A stretch of DNA of 64,000 bases, from contig CP075494.1 in the NCBI GenBank assembly GCA_021613535.1, forward strand, positions 12,958,001 to 13,022,000, given 5' to 3'. A model generated the notes under the pieces. The model was not told the DNA's origin and made no database searches. It saw nothing but the letters and a program-made list of their open reading frames with translations. Each line of letters starts with the position of its first letter. Within the stretch, counting starts at the first letter, position 1. Positions 1-14,281 of the stretch are shown here, in pieces. The stretch comes from Adineta vaga. Its lineage: Eukaryota; Animalia; Rotifera. A program made the translations under genes and the position numbers.

Positions 1-3000
1 AATTATTCAATAAAAGTCCTTTGAATCTGTTAATTATGAGTCGAAATGATTGAAAGCAAATCGATCGTTTTTCTTTTGCCTTCATCTCTTTACAAGATCA
101 ACAAGTAAGTATTTATTACAATAGGTAAATCTTTTTTTCTTCTATTCTTTTGGAATTTGATCCTATTCTAAAAATAACAATTATTCCTTCAAATATTAAA
201 TCAAATAACTACTGAAATTTATGTTAATATTTCCATAGAAAATCGTCTCGTCTATTCTTTTCGAATGGGAAAAAAATACGATGAATAACTACGGTACACA
301 ATCGACAATATTTTTTATGTACATTGTGAATACGATCGTCTACTTTCAACGATAAATACGTCATATTAATTACAATATAAATACACAATCTTGAGAAAGT
401 ATGTATATTAATGCGTATAAAACTTTCCCATGTCAACGAACAAATTCCACGTAATGTGATCTCATTGGTAAAATACGAACTGCAAACATAAGATTAAATC
501 TAATTTACTGGGAATGTAATTTGAGATAATTAGGTTAAAAATGAAATACAACATATCATTGTACAATTATCATCGATTAATGATAGATTTCAAAAGAAAT
601 AAAACTTGCAACTTGCTTTTCTTTTCATAGTAAACGAAACTACGAAAGTATAATTATTCTTTTCCTCGATCAATATAGAAATATTTTGTTTTTAGTAAAT
701 ATTGTACATTCTTTTATTGATCATATTTACGTAAAAAAGGTGGTAAATAAAACCACATTTGTTCTTATGTATTCACAACCACAAAACCTCATTATCAATG
801 ACAAAATTTGTACAAACTATTAACTACATTCGAATAGATTGTAAATGAAGACATTATATCAGAAGATGCTTCTATCCAAAATCAATGGGTGATCAAAAAA
901 GAAGTCGACTAAAAGAACGAAGTAAAATACTGGACAGGGTAACCTTAACTCTCACTCTTGAACATCATATTGATATTGTAAAAAAAATTTTTCAAGCTCT
1001 TCCCTCGTATGAGATATTTTCTTCATAAAAATCGTATAAAATAATACAAGAAACGTTTTCTTACCAATACATATTGACAGTTGCAGATGAATTGAATGTG
1101 AATTCACAATGCGTCTGTTGTCATTCTTCTATATTTGAGAACAACAAAGTGTACCGTCGTTAATGAAGTATACGTCGTCTATTTGCACAAATACGATCAA
1201 ACCTTGAAGAATATAGCAGGACAGAGCAAAAAAAACAGTATAGAAGCTACAAGAAATATGTTTTGCATCTTTGATGCTTACGGCAACTCACCTTCTTCCC
1301 GCAAAGTTTTCAAATATTTTCGCTTCTATTTTTCTCTTCTTTTATGGATGAAATCCATTTTACAACTGATGAATCAGCTGTCTAAGCGAAAAAAATTTGA
1401 AGAAATATAACTTTTTTTGTGATAAAGATTGAGTTTTAGTGTTCGTGCGAGCAATCAAAGAAACAACACTATTTGTGAGAAATGACTCATAAACTTGATA
1501 GATTGAAGAAACATTGGGTGAGATGTATATGTATGTTGTAAACGCTATTGTATATCCGATATCAACAATACGAGCATGACTTAGAGGATACTGATATTCC
1601 AGTATCGTATAAATTCAATGAAAATATGTGATGAATATGTTCATAAATATATCCACATCTTTTTAATATCGAGAGATAAATCAATGATATGAAACTTTCC
1701 ATCTTCTTCCATTGTATTTATGTTAATCGTAGGTGAGGTTTTTGGTTGATCACCCAAAGACGAGAAAGGTTCAAGTTAATTGAAATCTGTTAGAAATATC
1801 ATCGGTCTGTCTATGTTAAAATCAACAGAGTATGAATTCAGTTTGTTGATACTTGATATTAGTGATCTATTTAAAATAATACTGAACATGTCAGTAAAAA
1901 TCAAGCAAAAATATCTAAATGCTATTTTTATATTGGATAAGAACACTTGTCTGAAGTACTGGAAATCAAAAGATTCAACAATTTTTTTGTTTATTTATAA
2001 TCTTTTTCAATTGTTTGTTTTAATCAAATAATAATTTCGGCAATACATGATGGCATAAGTGAATATTTTTCTGTTGCCTTCTTTACAATCTGTTGAAGGC
2101 AAGACTAACAAGAGAAAAGAAAACGAAGTCTTTCGAGATCGTCTAGAACATATGTAATTCAAAATGTGTTCTCAATGTTAAAAAGTACAGACGAATGTAT
2201 TACATCATTTCATATTTCTGACAGTACGAACAATCGAGGAATCGATTGAAACATAATTTCACTTATTGTTGTAATGTCGATTCATTATGATATGGAAGTA
2301 AGCTTAACATATAGGAAAGCTTTCTCTCTACCAATCTCTTTCAAACAAAAAAAAGTTTCTAGTTTGAAATAAGATGATCTGTGAATCATTCTAAATATTC
2401 TAACACATGGGAGAACGATAAGTATTCTTCGCTATATGACTTTTACGATACGCGAAATAAAGTATTGCCTAACAAGAAGTAACAGAATGTAAGTTCGTGT
2501 CATCGTGCAATAGATGAGAATTAAAATCTGACGAAGATTAACAGAATACTCTCATAAGAAACATAGTTGAATTATTATAAACGAAAGAAATACTGTCTTC
2601 TTTCTTAGAACAAGTGTGATATTTAACTTACGATGGAACCAATGCAATTGATTAATCGATATTTTAATTAAAAATAGCGCACTAAGGGTTATTTATTATG
2701 TTGATTTAAAATATCATCATGGTATTTTTCATTAGCCTCCTCAGACCCAAATTTGTAAAATCAGTTTTCGGTGAAGAAAAATCTTTTTTAAATTGATTTT
2801 CTTATCGTTCCAGATGATAGAGCATGTCGAGTTAGTTATCAAGACCTATTTTTTTGTCTAATTAAACGAGCTTTTAAATCATAGAAAACTATTTTCTCAT
2901 ATGATGGTCTTTTGAATTTCAATCTGAATTTTAACGAAAGATGGATCTTAATCAAAAATTGAGATGGGAGGACTAGCGGATTTAAGAAAACATACATTTT

Positions 3001-3116
3001 TGTAAATCATTATATAAAATGTTTTGTCTTGAGTCTCTAGTAACATATTAAGTCAAAAGAATTAAGAAGACTAAGGGACTAAGAGGACTAGGGGGATTAA
3101 GAGGATTAAGAGGGCT

Positions 3117-3254
3117 TAGTGGCGGCGCCAAGGGGGGTAGGCTGAGCCCCCTCAGATTTTTTAGAATCGTCGTAGAAAATTGATGATTTTCTCACCAAAA
3201 TATAAGGTTCAAGGGGCTGAGCCCCCTAAAGCAAAAATCCTGGCGCCGCCTCTA
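3117..3254. mobile_element. 138-bp hAT-type MITE nested in the Tc5-like element
   Basis: TIRs TAGTGGCGGCGCCA / TGGCGCCGCCTCTA; 8-bp flanks AGAGGGCT / AGAGGACT (1 mismatch, within a degenerate 9-mer tandem repeat); two internal GGCTGAGCCCCC motifs; GC-rich against the background. Confidence 0.75.
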
Positions 3255-3474
3255 AGAGGACTAAGCAAATTGCGAAATAGTTTGAATTTTAGAAGGTTTT
3301 AGTAAACACAAAATCCATATATGCATGCATGATATCACTTCGGTGTTCCAGATATCATAACTTGTCCGTAGTCCCCTTAGTGAGAGGAAGGGTGCGGAAA
3401 AGGGTACTGGCGGATTAATAGAATAACTGAACAGTTGAATACTTGAATTCGAGTTTCGAGTATTACACTATTGA

Positions 3475-4170
3475 AAAATTCAGCAACACATTCCTACACA
3501 GTGCAACCAACAATTTTATTTGATGGACGATTAGCCGATGCAATGTAATTATGTCTACAGAAATCCGGTGGAAAAATAGGAGAGACAGCTAAGAAGCGTT
3601 TATTTCAGCCTAGTAATGTAGTTATCACATGCTCAAAATCTGGCAAACGAACATCATCATTAGTTCGATATTGGTGCGAGAAATGCTTGGGTCCATCGAT
3701 TAATAGAGAATATACTCACTTTTATCTGATTCCTATTCAGGGTAAAATGATCCAAAGCTTTATCAAGGTATAAAATGAAAATCAATTCAAAGAATTATGA
3801 TTCCAAATAATACAACATGTGATATACAACCATTAGACAGGTACTTGAACTGCCAGACGAAAATCTTAATTAAACGTGTGTATCATTATGTTGCAATAGA
3901 ACAAATTTATATTAATCTATGGGAAAGAAACATTATCATTATATTAATATTTCTTGTTCATAATCAACTTTCGTCTCGTGTATTCAAAGACATGATATAG
4001 TATTCCTGGTTTTGCAGTGGATATACAAGTGATAATGCATCTCCTTTTCAAAACGTTCTTCAAGTTTGCTCTCCTCAAATTGTCTCTATCGAACCATGTC
4101 AAGAAAAACAATGTATTGAAACAGCCTTCATTAATTGTTCAATCTGTTAAAGAGAACTTATCATTTTTTT
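3475..4170 (+). pseudogene. Disrupted Tc5/pogo-like DDE transposase
   Basis: Fragments THSYTVQPT...LCLQ...VVITCSKSGK.TSSLV..W, LSDSYSG* and IPNNTTCDIQPLDRY...HNQLSS, broken by stops and frameshifts. Confidence 0.8.
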
Positions 4171-4789
4171 CGTTAAGCACCATTTTCATAAGAAGATTTA
4201 AATAAATAAAAATAACATAAACTTCGTTAAACGTGTTAATATATATCTATTAAAAAATATTTTTAATACTAACAAATTTTCTATTGCCGTGCATCGTTCA
4301 AAAGCTCATTTAAATGGACAAAATAGAGGTTTTGCTAGCTTACTCGACGTGCTGTATCATCCATCTGGAACGATAAGACAATGAATGTAAATAATCATTT
4401 TTTATCGAAAACTAGTTTTCCAAATCAGGTTCTTACGAGTCCCAAAATATCGATTAACCAGTTGCATCAGTTTCCTCGTTAGATGTCTATAAAATTGGCA
4501 TTTTGTAGGAAAGTGTTGACAAATTTTAATACCACAATCGACTGATATGTGGCGCCATCTCGCTTATATAGGAAAAACTTTCATATTCAAATAATTCAAA
4601 AAATCCCAGTTGAATCCAATTAAATTTCGAAATATAACGAAGATTATTTTCTAATCGTTTTCTCTCTAATCAATACACCAATCATAATCGAGAGTATTTC
4701 TCTTCTTTTTTCTATTTTATTGGTTTGGTTTCGTTAGGTTTTTTGCTATTCACCATCAGAAATTGTCACTGGACACATACTAAATCCGA

Positions 4790-5218
4790 ATGGCAACTTT
4801 TCTTAAGTATGTTAGAAAAGTCTTAATTAATTAAGAAGAAAATGATTTATTTCAATTTCACACTTTAGATTGGCAACAAAATTAGCGATCGTCGGTGGTG
4901 CTACGGTCCTCGTTGTGAATCATGAAGTATTCGGTGCAAACAAATATACTCAACAAATTATCAATGAAGTTCGTACATCATTACCCGACACAGCTGAAGC
5001 ATTTGATCAAATGCCAACAAGACAAGAACTTAATAACAGTTTAGTAGAGAGCTGGAATTCAGGTATGAGTTGTTTCACTAACTAATGCTCTGTTTTTTGA
5101 ATCTCTAGTTGGATCTTTTTCTTTGATAGGCATACAAACAACATTTAAATGGCTTGCTGATGCTCCAACCCATACATGTCAATTATATTCTTCAGTCTTA
5201 GATAAGATCAAAGGCTAA
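4790..5218 (+). CDS. MICOS13: MICOS complex subunit MIC13/QIL1 (3 exons: 4790-4806, 4869-5062, 5130-5218)
   Basis: MATFLKLATKLAIVGGATVLVV...VESWNSGIQTTFKWLADAP matches the QIL1 pattern (GG TM segment, SWNxG motif); canonical splice sites keep the frame. Confidence 0.85.
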
Positions 5219-5853
5219 CAAAACAAAAAGGAACAGCATTTGTAGTCAATAACAGTTAGTTTATGTGCGTGTGTATGTGCTGATTTTATGATCTCTAATA
5301 CATGTATTAGAAAAAAATTCTTCCATTGCGTTTATTTATTTTTCTTGATGGATGAGAATACTCAGTTGCATCTGCATTTGTTGATTAAATGTATAGACGA
5401 GGGCGTAAAATATTGTTATTGTATACTGTATCATCGGGGCTATGGGGTCGTTTGTCGAACACAACAGAACAACAACAACATCGATAGTATGCTATTCGTT
5501 ATACTGGCTTGTTTCTTCTCTCCTCTTCGTCTTATTTTCTTTTCCTCGCTCTTTCCCTCTCGCTCTCTCTCTCTCACTCGCATTCACTCCATCATTCTAT
5601 GAAAGCAACAACATCAGCTTCATGGCAACGTTCGCACAAGAAAGAGCGAGTCAAGATAAACAACATGTATATGTATATACTGCGAATCTGATTCCTTTTT
5701 TTCCTTCTTTCTTTTCAAAATTTGATGCATCTGTTGTTTTTTTTCTCATTCTTCTCTTCTTCTTCTTCGTCTTCTTCTATATGTTTGCTTCGCCAAGCAA
5801 CATGCAGACAAATAACAAACGTTGACCTCTCTCTTTCTTTCGGTTTTTTATTT

Positions 5854-5886
5854 AAGAAAGAAAGAAAGAAAGAAAGAAAGAAGAAA
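5854..5886 (+). repeat. (GAAA)n microsatellite upstream of the FoxP coding region
   Basis: About 8 tandem GAAA units seen directly. Confidence 0.9.
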
Positions 5887-6235
5887 AAAAACTAGGAGGT
5901 AAAAAAAAACGAAGAACGGACAAACAAGCAGCATCCATCATCGACCTCGAGGAGAAAGCATAGTCGGAAAAACAGCCATCTGTCTATCTTTTCATTGAAC
6001 GCATGTAAAGTTTATGCGTCTACGAGTGTGTACGAGCGTGTGTGATTCTAGTCAAGGAAGGAAAAGAAAAATAATAATAGGCTTTCATAGAAGGAAAAAA
6101 TGTCTCTCACTCAACTTAAAGCATGGGTGAACTCGTCACCGATATTGTTTTTATTTTGTTTTCTAGATTATCGTTGGATGATTTTTTTCTTTGCCTTCTT
6201 TTTCTTCTTCTTCTTCTTCTTCTCCTCGATATAGA

Positions 6236-9200
6236 ATGAGAGTAACAACAAATCGAACATCAAAACTTCAAACAGCAACACGAACGAAAGCATCGACAAC
6301 AACGATTTTGAATGAACAAACAGGTCATCTTCAAAATGGGACAACGATAGTATCACCAACATCATCAAATAATGTATGATAATATTCAAAAGAAATATTT
6401 TATGTTCATTTCGTTATCATCTTCTTTGTTTTCTTTTCGTAGAGTACTCTTCGTTTAATCGATACAGGTGAATATTTATCAACTGCCATGTCTCCACAAC
6501 AACATCAACCTGTGACAACATCGACGATGCTTCAATATTTACAACCATCTTCTAATGCAATACAAAATATGCTTATTCAACAAATATTAACAAGTCCCGA
6601 ACAGGTATATTATTGATCATATGATGCAACGGGTCAATCTATATATATATATATATGATATCCATTAACCATCTTTCCCTTTTTATTATCATCAGGTAGG
6701 CAAATATCTATGAAGCCTACAATATCTGTCTCTTTATACATAAGCAATGAACATTTAGAGTTTGCTTACTCATTTTTCTTCTCTCTTTTTCTCTATGCCT
6801 CGTTATTTCTTTGACGGTTTATTCGTCGAACGACAAACATCGCACGCAGGACGTTGAGTTGTAATGTTCGCTTGTGAGGACGGCCAAAAAACAACATACG
6901 ACACACATATATAGAATAAGAACGAAAGAGAAGAGAAGGAAAGAAAATTAATAACAGAGTAAAAAACGAGAAAAAAAGAACACAAGCTACCAACAAAAAT
7001 AACAACAACAACAACATCTTGTGCGTGCATTTATGTTGTTTCATGTCAGTTATGGCATCTGTGACAACGATAAAAATAATAGCGTTAGCAAAAAAGTGCG
7101 ATAGCATATAAATATATACATTGGAACAAAATAGTACACGAAGTCTATATTCTTTTATTTTGTTTTGTTTCTTTAGCAACGTTTACTTGTGGAGAAAATA
7201 AATCAACAATTGAATGAACAAATTCAACTTAATCTTGTTCAACCAACAACTACAGCACAAACAACAAATAATTCAGACGTTATTAAACAAATTCAAGTAA
7301 GATTTGTTTTAAAAAAAGATCATATTTTCAAATTTTGAATTAATGATTTTCTTCAATAGAGCCAACTTGCAAATCAACAATTACTTCTTCAACAAGTTTC
7401 TTCAAAACAACAACAACAACAACAAATCCCCAGTCTATTTAGCATAACAAATTCTAATACTGCAAATCAACCAACTACGGCTACTGTTCAATACTTAACA
7501 ACAACGCCTAATAATTCTTCCACTAGTGGTAAGAATCTTTTCTTTTTCTTTGCGCTTCCTTCAAAGATCAAAACAAGTCTCATATGTGAGTATATACAGA
7601 TACACCATCGATCATTTCGATTTCTACACGTCCCCTTCAACAACAACAATCAACAACTATCAATCTAACTGACCTCTTATCAGAAGCTCGAACCAATACT
7701 ACCGGTTCGTGATACACAAAATCGCCTAAAAAATCTCTCATTGTATGATTCCGCCTATTTTTCTCTGCTTTGTTATGCATGTTCCTCCATTTAATCTTTG
7801 AAAAGTGGATTTTATTAATTTTAAAATGCATTTTCTTCTAGGTTTAAATATTCTTGGACACAACAGTACCGAAGCACGAATTGTAATGCCAGCTTCAACG
7901 ATAAATCGTTCATCAACAACAACACATCAACAACAAGATTCACCCAATTCATTATTTCAACGAAATTATTGTCGATGGCCAAGTTGTGATACATTATGTT
8001 CTACATTGATCGAATTCAATCGTCATCTTAGTGAAGAACATTCACTGGATGATCGTTCAGTTGCACAAGCACGCGTACAACAACATGTTGTTCAGCAACT
8101 TGAAGCATTATTAACACGTGAACGTGAAATTCTTCAAGCAATGATGAGACATTTACATGGTGGATCAACCAATACTAATGGTGCAACATCATCAAATTCA
8201 AATTCAGCACATATTATAAATCAACCAGCAACACGCACATTAACAACATCAGCTCCATATCATCATACTTTGACGTCCAATGCTCGTGGAGCACAATTAA
8301 CATCATTATCTTCTCCAACATCGTCATCTTCATCTATTAATAATACATCTTCATCAACAGCCGCTCTACATCATTTACCGATTGTTAAATTGGAAAATGC
8401 ATTTTTAACATCAGCTGGTGTTGTAACAACAACAAATTCACTTGATTCGTATCGTACAACTACACCACAAGATCTTTCATCAGGTACAAATGCAACAACA
8501 TCAGCAATTCTCCGTGCTAGTGCATCAAGTTCACCACCGCCTGTTCATACGGTTGAAGAAGAAGTTGGAGATGACACACAAGATGATGATGATGATGATA
8601 TGGACGATGATATGGATGACCCGAATGGTGATTTATCATCACATACAAATCCGAATGGAAGTATTTTACCTGTACTAAATATGAATAAACATCGATTGAG
8701 TCGAAAATCAAAAAATATGTTAGCACTAGGTGGAAAGAAACCAGGCAAAGGCAAAGGTATTTCACTAAATGTCATCATTAATCAACATCCTAATTTCATT
8801 TTTAGAATTGAAAAATCGTGAATATTATATGACACATGATGTACGTCCACCTTTCACTTATGCAACATTAATTCGTCAGGTATATTGAATCAATAAATAG
8901 ATGATTTCATAGGATTCGTTTTCATTTGATTTCTAGGCTATTATTGAATCTCCAGATAATCAATTAACATTAAATGAAGTATATAAATGGTTTGAAGCAC
9001 AATTTCTTTATTTTCGAAAGAATGCACAAACTTGGAAGGTTTGTTTGCTTGTAAAGGGGAAAAAACGAATACATTTGAATCATTTTAGAATGCTGTACGA
9101 CATAATTTATCATTACATAAATGTTTTATGCGAGTGGAAAATATCAAGGGTGCCGTTTGGACGGTAGATGAAGGTGAATTTTGCAAGAGACGATTAACAC

Positions 9201-9891
9201 GTGGCGCAGAAAAAGGAAATAATCATCATGAATCATCTTCCTATGGGTAAGGACAATTCTAATTCAAAAAGCAAACTTGATTTGTTTGTTTTGATCATCA
9301 GATATATATATATATATAAAATAATCGAATGAATATATACTTTAGACATAATACATCTGCTCGGTTATCTACAGGTGAAGATCAAGCACTTTATTCGTAT
9401 CCATTTGGTATGGAAGATGATTACAAAGATTTCAAGGTAAAATTTTGTGGAAAGAAGATTGTTTTTGCTTATATTTTATATTTAGGGTTTATTAAATCCA
9501 CATGAACTAGCATTAGGCGGTGGACATTCACACGATGATCACGGCGATGGTGATGAAGATGATGGAAATAATTCCGATAGTATCAATGGAAATGGTGGCG
9601 ATCATCATGATCAATCAACCGATATGAATCATAGTCATTATGATCAAGATGATGATGATGATGGACGAAATGATATGAGGTAATGATTTTAATATTTGAG
9701 TTATCTAAAAGCTTATAGAAATATATCGGATATTTAGAAAAAGAATAAATAAAATTCGAAAAAAGGGTTAGTCATTTTAATGCATTCGCAAAGGGGAAAA
9801 ACTAATACTTTTAATTTCTTTTTCAAACACAGTTTTTCATTATCTATCTTTTAGTTTAGCACATGGTGACGACGAACAAGTTGATGATTAG
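6236..9891 (+). CDS. FoxP: Forkhead box P transcription factor (multi-exon)
   Basis: Q/T-rich N-terminus; C2H2 finger and leucine zipper CRWPSC...[19 protein letters not shown]...LQAMMRHLH; forkhead domain [33 protein letters not shown]...[31 protein letters not shown]; acidic tail. Start codon approximate. Confidence 0.95.
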
Positions 9892-9923
9892 AAAAAATCA
9901 AGTTCTCGTTGTGCAATATATAT

Positions 9924-9956
<33 letters not shown>

Positions 9957-11636
9957 TACAAATATAAATTATTTGTTTCATTTTCGTTTTCCGACAGACA
10001 CAATGTCAGATAATCCATTTCTTCATTTCATTTCGACATACGCACATGTATAACAGTATAGAACCATCTCGTTTTTCTCCACTTGCATATCGTTTCTTTC
10101 GCCTTCAATTCTATGTACAATGTATATAGTTGATGGTTAGTTTATCCAAATGAACTTTTCTAAAAAGTTGGTATTATGATCATTAAACAACCGAGAAAAT
10201 TACAATTTAAAAGAAATCTTTCTTTGTCAATATATTGATAGTCGCGAATGAGCACATTGCTCTGTTTTTCTCTTCAAAAAATCGTGTGCCTATGGATGTT
10301 TTCCTGTCGTTTCATTTTTTCTTTGTCTACATCGTTGTCTGTAATGTGCGAATGTATTTATCATTGTTTTCTTTCTTTTTTCTCTTTGTCATATTGTTTG
10401 TATATATATTTTGTGTTTACTGCTAACTATTTTCTTTGTCTTCTCTTCCGTCTTTATGATTCGCGTTTTCTTTTGTCTTCATCAGTTTTACTCATATTGT
10501 GTTGTGTTTGTTTTTTCTTCTTCTGCTCTTGTTCTATGATGTATAAAAAAACAAGATGGGTCAAAATGGTGATGATGATGATTATATATAAATATACATA
10601 GCGAGAAAAAAAACAAACGATTGTGTTTTTTTGCAAAATGTCTTTTGATAGAATCAGTAATCATTAGTTGACAAAAACAATAATGTTTATTGACATTTCA
10701 ATGGATCGTGATGATTTCGAACGCTAAACAAGAATTGAAAAGCTATAGATGACTTTGTTCTAGAGAATAGTGAAGAAATTAGTTATAGTTTATTGTTGAC
10801 TTCTTGAAATTTTGTCTTCTATATATGTCATTTTCAATACTTTGTTATTCATGTGAATAAGCGTGATAATAGATTCGATTATATCTTCAGAGCATGAATC
10901 CAAATGATTAACATCGATATTCAGCCACAGGAACCCCTTTTTACTAGGAATTATTCGAAACGATTACAATTCAGAAGATTTTTGAACAATTCGTAGACTA
11001 CCTTGAACTTTTCATTGAAATATATTTGTCTTTCTCGACACTTTCAATTGTATGTAATCATTCGTGACTTATTTTACAAATTTACAGATTTGAACTTGTT
11101 TTAAATCTAATTAAATGACGTTTGATATTTCTAGGAAGCTCATCACATCATATATTTCATTCAAATAAGCAATCTGAAAGACTTTTACTCGTAACAAACA
11201 TGCCATGGTAGCAACTATGCAAACAAATTTTGAAGAAGAAACCATATCCTAGACAATGTTTACTAATTGAATGAATCACGCTACGTTTTAGAATTCAACT
11301 GGTTTCAGATTGTTTATTGTCTAGAGAAAAAAAAATGTCTACATCTGAAATAAATTTGAGTTTATATACTTCTTGAAAAACTGCAAGATAATAGACCACT
11401 GTGTAGTAAGAAAAAGATAATGTCATATGGTACATGTTATTTCATTTTCAATGAATATTAATTCCTGAAAACGTACTTTTAACAAAATATGACACACTAC
11501 TTTATTCAATCAAAAATTATTTAGATAAATATCTGATAGAAATCGTACAAGACATTGATGGTATTCGAAAATTTGCACTCAATAGATACTTTATCGTGGT
11601 ATAGGGGTTCTTAATTATAAAATTTTATCTGTAAAT

Positions 11637-11718
11637 ATGGTACGATCTTCTTACGATAATTCATTTTGTTAAACATATATGGTGCGAGTATATATCATTG
11701 TTATATACATGGCGTGAT
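11637..11718 (-). promoter_or_regulatory. Cluster of sterol-regulatory-element (SREBP)-like sites upstream of HMGCS
   Basis: ATCACGCCAT (11718-11709) fits RTCACSCCAY; related ATCGTACCAT (11646-11637) and CTCGCACCAT (11688-11679); a (TA)n tract follows at ~11742. Confidence 0.4.
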
Positions 11719-12460
11719 CTCTTCTCAGTACACGAATCAGCATATATATATATATGAATACAGATAGATACGTTCTCATAGTTATGTTCTGTTCTTCAAT
11801 TTTAACCTGTTCTTTTTTTCTCATTCCTTCTGTTATGCTGATTAAAACTACCTGTATATTTTGATTTATTTAAATAGACCTTAGAGAGCAGTATGTTAAG
11901 ATCGTAATCTATAAAATGCATACCTAATATCTTCCACAATTGTAGAAAAAAAGTCAAACACCTGGCAGGTAGGATATCAATCATTTTCTTTTTGTCGATT
12001 AATAGGGTATCGTTTCAAACAAAATATGATTCCCCTTCATCCTTGATAGATCATCCATATTGTACAGGTAGAAATAAGACTAAAGAGGTCTCATTGCCCG
12101 CTGACGTCTGTATGAAAGAAATTAAAAAAATGTTTCTTATTATATTTTACATTCATGCACATCATGGTTTTCCCTCATCACATTATTCGTAATCTGTAGG
12201 AGTAAAAGAAAAAAGGCTTATAAAAATATCGACATTATTTATCTCACAATCATTCTTACTATACTTTATTCAGTCGGGTACGTGTGTTATTGATAATAAG
12301 GACAAAAAACAATCACAAATATTTTTTTTCTCTTTCATTTTCGTTTGTTTCTTCAATAAATAAATCACTCATTTAATATTACATATTCGATTAGACGTAT
12401 TCTATATTTTTATTATTCATTGTAGAAAAGTAAAATATTATTTCTAAAAAAATAATTATT

Positions 12461-14281
12461 ATGAATGGAAATGGTTATACAAATCATCCAACCTCTGTTG
12501 GTATTCTTGCATGTGAACTTTATATTCCATCGCTTTATGTTGAACAATCATCTTTAGAAACATATGATAATGTTTCGAAAGGTAAATATACAATCGGTTT
12601 AGGTCAACAGCGTATAGCAATATGTTCTGATCATGAAGATATTTGTTCATTATGTTTAACTGTTCTTTCACGTTTATTCGAACAAACTGGTGTACATCCT
12701 CAACAAATTGGTCGATTGGATGTCGGAACAGAAACATTAGTTGACAAAGCAAAATCAATAAAAACTGTTTTAATGCAATTATTTACTGAACATGGAAATA
12801 CAGCAGTTGAAGGTGTTGATAATATCAATGCATGTTATGGAGGAACAGCTGCAATATTTAATGCTATTCATTGGATTGAATCAAGTTATTGGGATGGACG
12901 ATATGTAAGTTGACACGAAAACACCTTTCATCTATTGATTTTCCTATATTAGGCTGTTGTTGTCATGGGTGATATTGCTGTTTACGCGAAAGGTAATGCT
13001 CGTCCAACAGGTGGTGCTGGTGCTTGTGCATTATTGATCGGTCCTAATGCACCGATTGTTTTTGAGCCAGGTATGTTTCTGAATAACTTTTGCATCAATA
13101 TATTTCTCGATTGATTTAGGTTGTCGATCAACTTATATGACACATGTTTACGATTTTTATAAACCTGATTTAAGTTCTCCATATCCAGTTGTCGATGGTC
13201 ATTTAAGTGTTCAATGCTATACATCAGCACTTGATACATGCTATGGGCAATATTGTACTAAAACACAAATGAATAGTGAATCTCATTCGAAAACATCATC
13301 ATCGGATGATGTTAATTTATCCACATTTGCTGGTATTGTTTTTCATACACCTTATGTCAAATTGACACAAAAATCACTTGCACGATTGTTTTTCAATGAT
13401 ATTTTACGTGCTTGTTCATATATACCTAGTAGTTTAATTGAAAAATACAAGTAAGATATTAAATTCAAACAGAGAAAAATTTCTTTTAACTTCTACTATC
13501 TATTTTTGGAATTTAGAAATTATGATATTCATTCTTCAGCAAATGATAAAGAACTTGAACGTGATCTTATCGAACAAAGTCGTGAATTATACGAACAAAA
13601 AACCTTACCTGGTCTTTATTTTTCTCAAAATATGGGAAATATGTATACACCATCACTTTATTACAGTTTATTTTCATTTCTTAGCAGGTAGATCAATGAA
13701 TCATTTAAAATCTTTCTTTTCAACTTGTTTTTTTTTCTTCAGTTTATCCAGTGAAGATCAATTGTACGGTCAACGTATTCTTTTATTTTCATATGGTTCT
13801 GGTCTAGCTTCATCAATGTACAGTGTTGTATGTCGTAAAGTACACGATACACGATTTACATTAGAACAAATTCGAAAAAGTATTCAACGAGCTCGACATA
13901 TTCTTGATAAAGAAAGAATCGAAATAGCACCAGAATTAATGGATAAACTCTTATTAGAACGAGAAAAAAATGATCATAAAGGTAAATAAAAATTTTCAAT
14001 TGAGATAAATTAAATAATTATTTGATTATTTTAAGCTCCATTTACACCTGCTCAACCTAATGAAATCTTCAAATCTGGAAATATGTATTTGAAATCAGTT
14101 GATAAGAATTATCGACGTTTTTATGAAAAATTTCTTGGCGAAGATGATTCCACTGCCAAGAAAGAAACAATTCAACAACTTTATGTAAGAGAAAACCTTT
14201 CATATCGTATCTTTTTATTTTGACTTTTTCTTTTAGAATGACTATTTTCAAACACAACAAATCAATGGTGATACACATTGA
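12461..14281 (+). CDS. HMGCS: Hydroxymethylglutaryl-CoA synthase (multi-exon)
   Basis: [29 protein letters not shown], catalytic [49 protein letters not shown]. Confidence 0.97.

Larger units (their letters stand above)
2631..4478 (+). mobile_element. Degenerate Tc4/Tc5-like (pogo/DDE_1) DNA transposon with long imperfect TIRs
   Basis: Left end CGATGGAACCAATGCAATTGATTAATCGATATTTT matches the reverse complement of the right end (CGAGGAAACTGATGCAACTGGTTAATCGATATTTT). Inverted similarity continues at ~2740-2880 vs ~4297-4440 (CTTATCGTTCCAGATG...GAGCTTTT). Flanks CTTA|...|TTAG give a TTA duplication in a CTTAG target. Decayed transposase inside. Confidence 0.85.

Noticed and set aside
1400-2050. 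Possible decayed membrane-protein/GPCR-like coding fragment on the minus strand
   Set aside because: Multiple stops and no motif I can identify with confidence.
5288-5825. Overlapping hydrophobic ORFs upstream of FoxP
   Set aside because: Produced by TC-rich low-complexity UTR or promoter sequence; no recognisable domain.
10235-10636. Phe/Cys-rich ORFs downstream of FoxP
   Set aside because: U-rich 3' UTR sequence.
11200-11220. X-box-like TGCCATGGTAGCAAC
   Set aside because: Imperfect match and not near a ciliary gene start.
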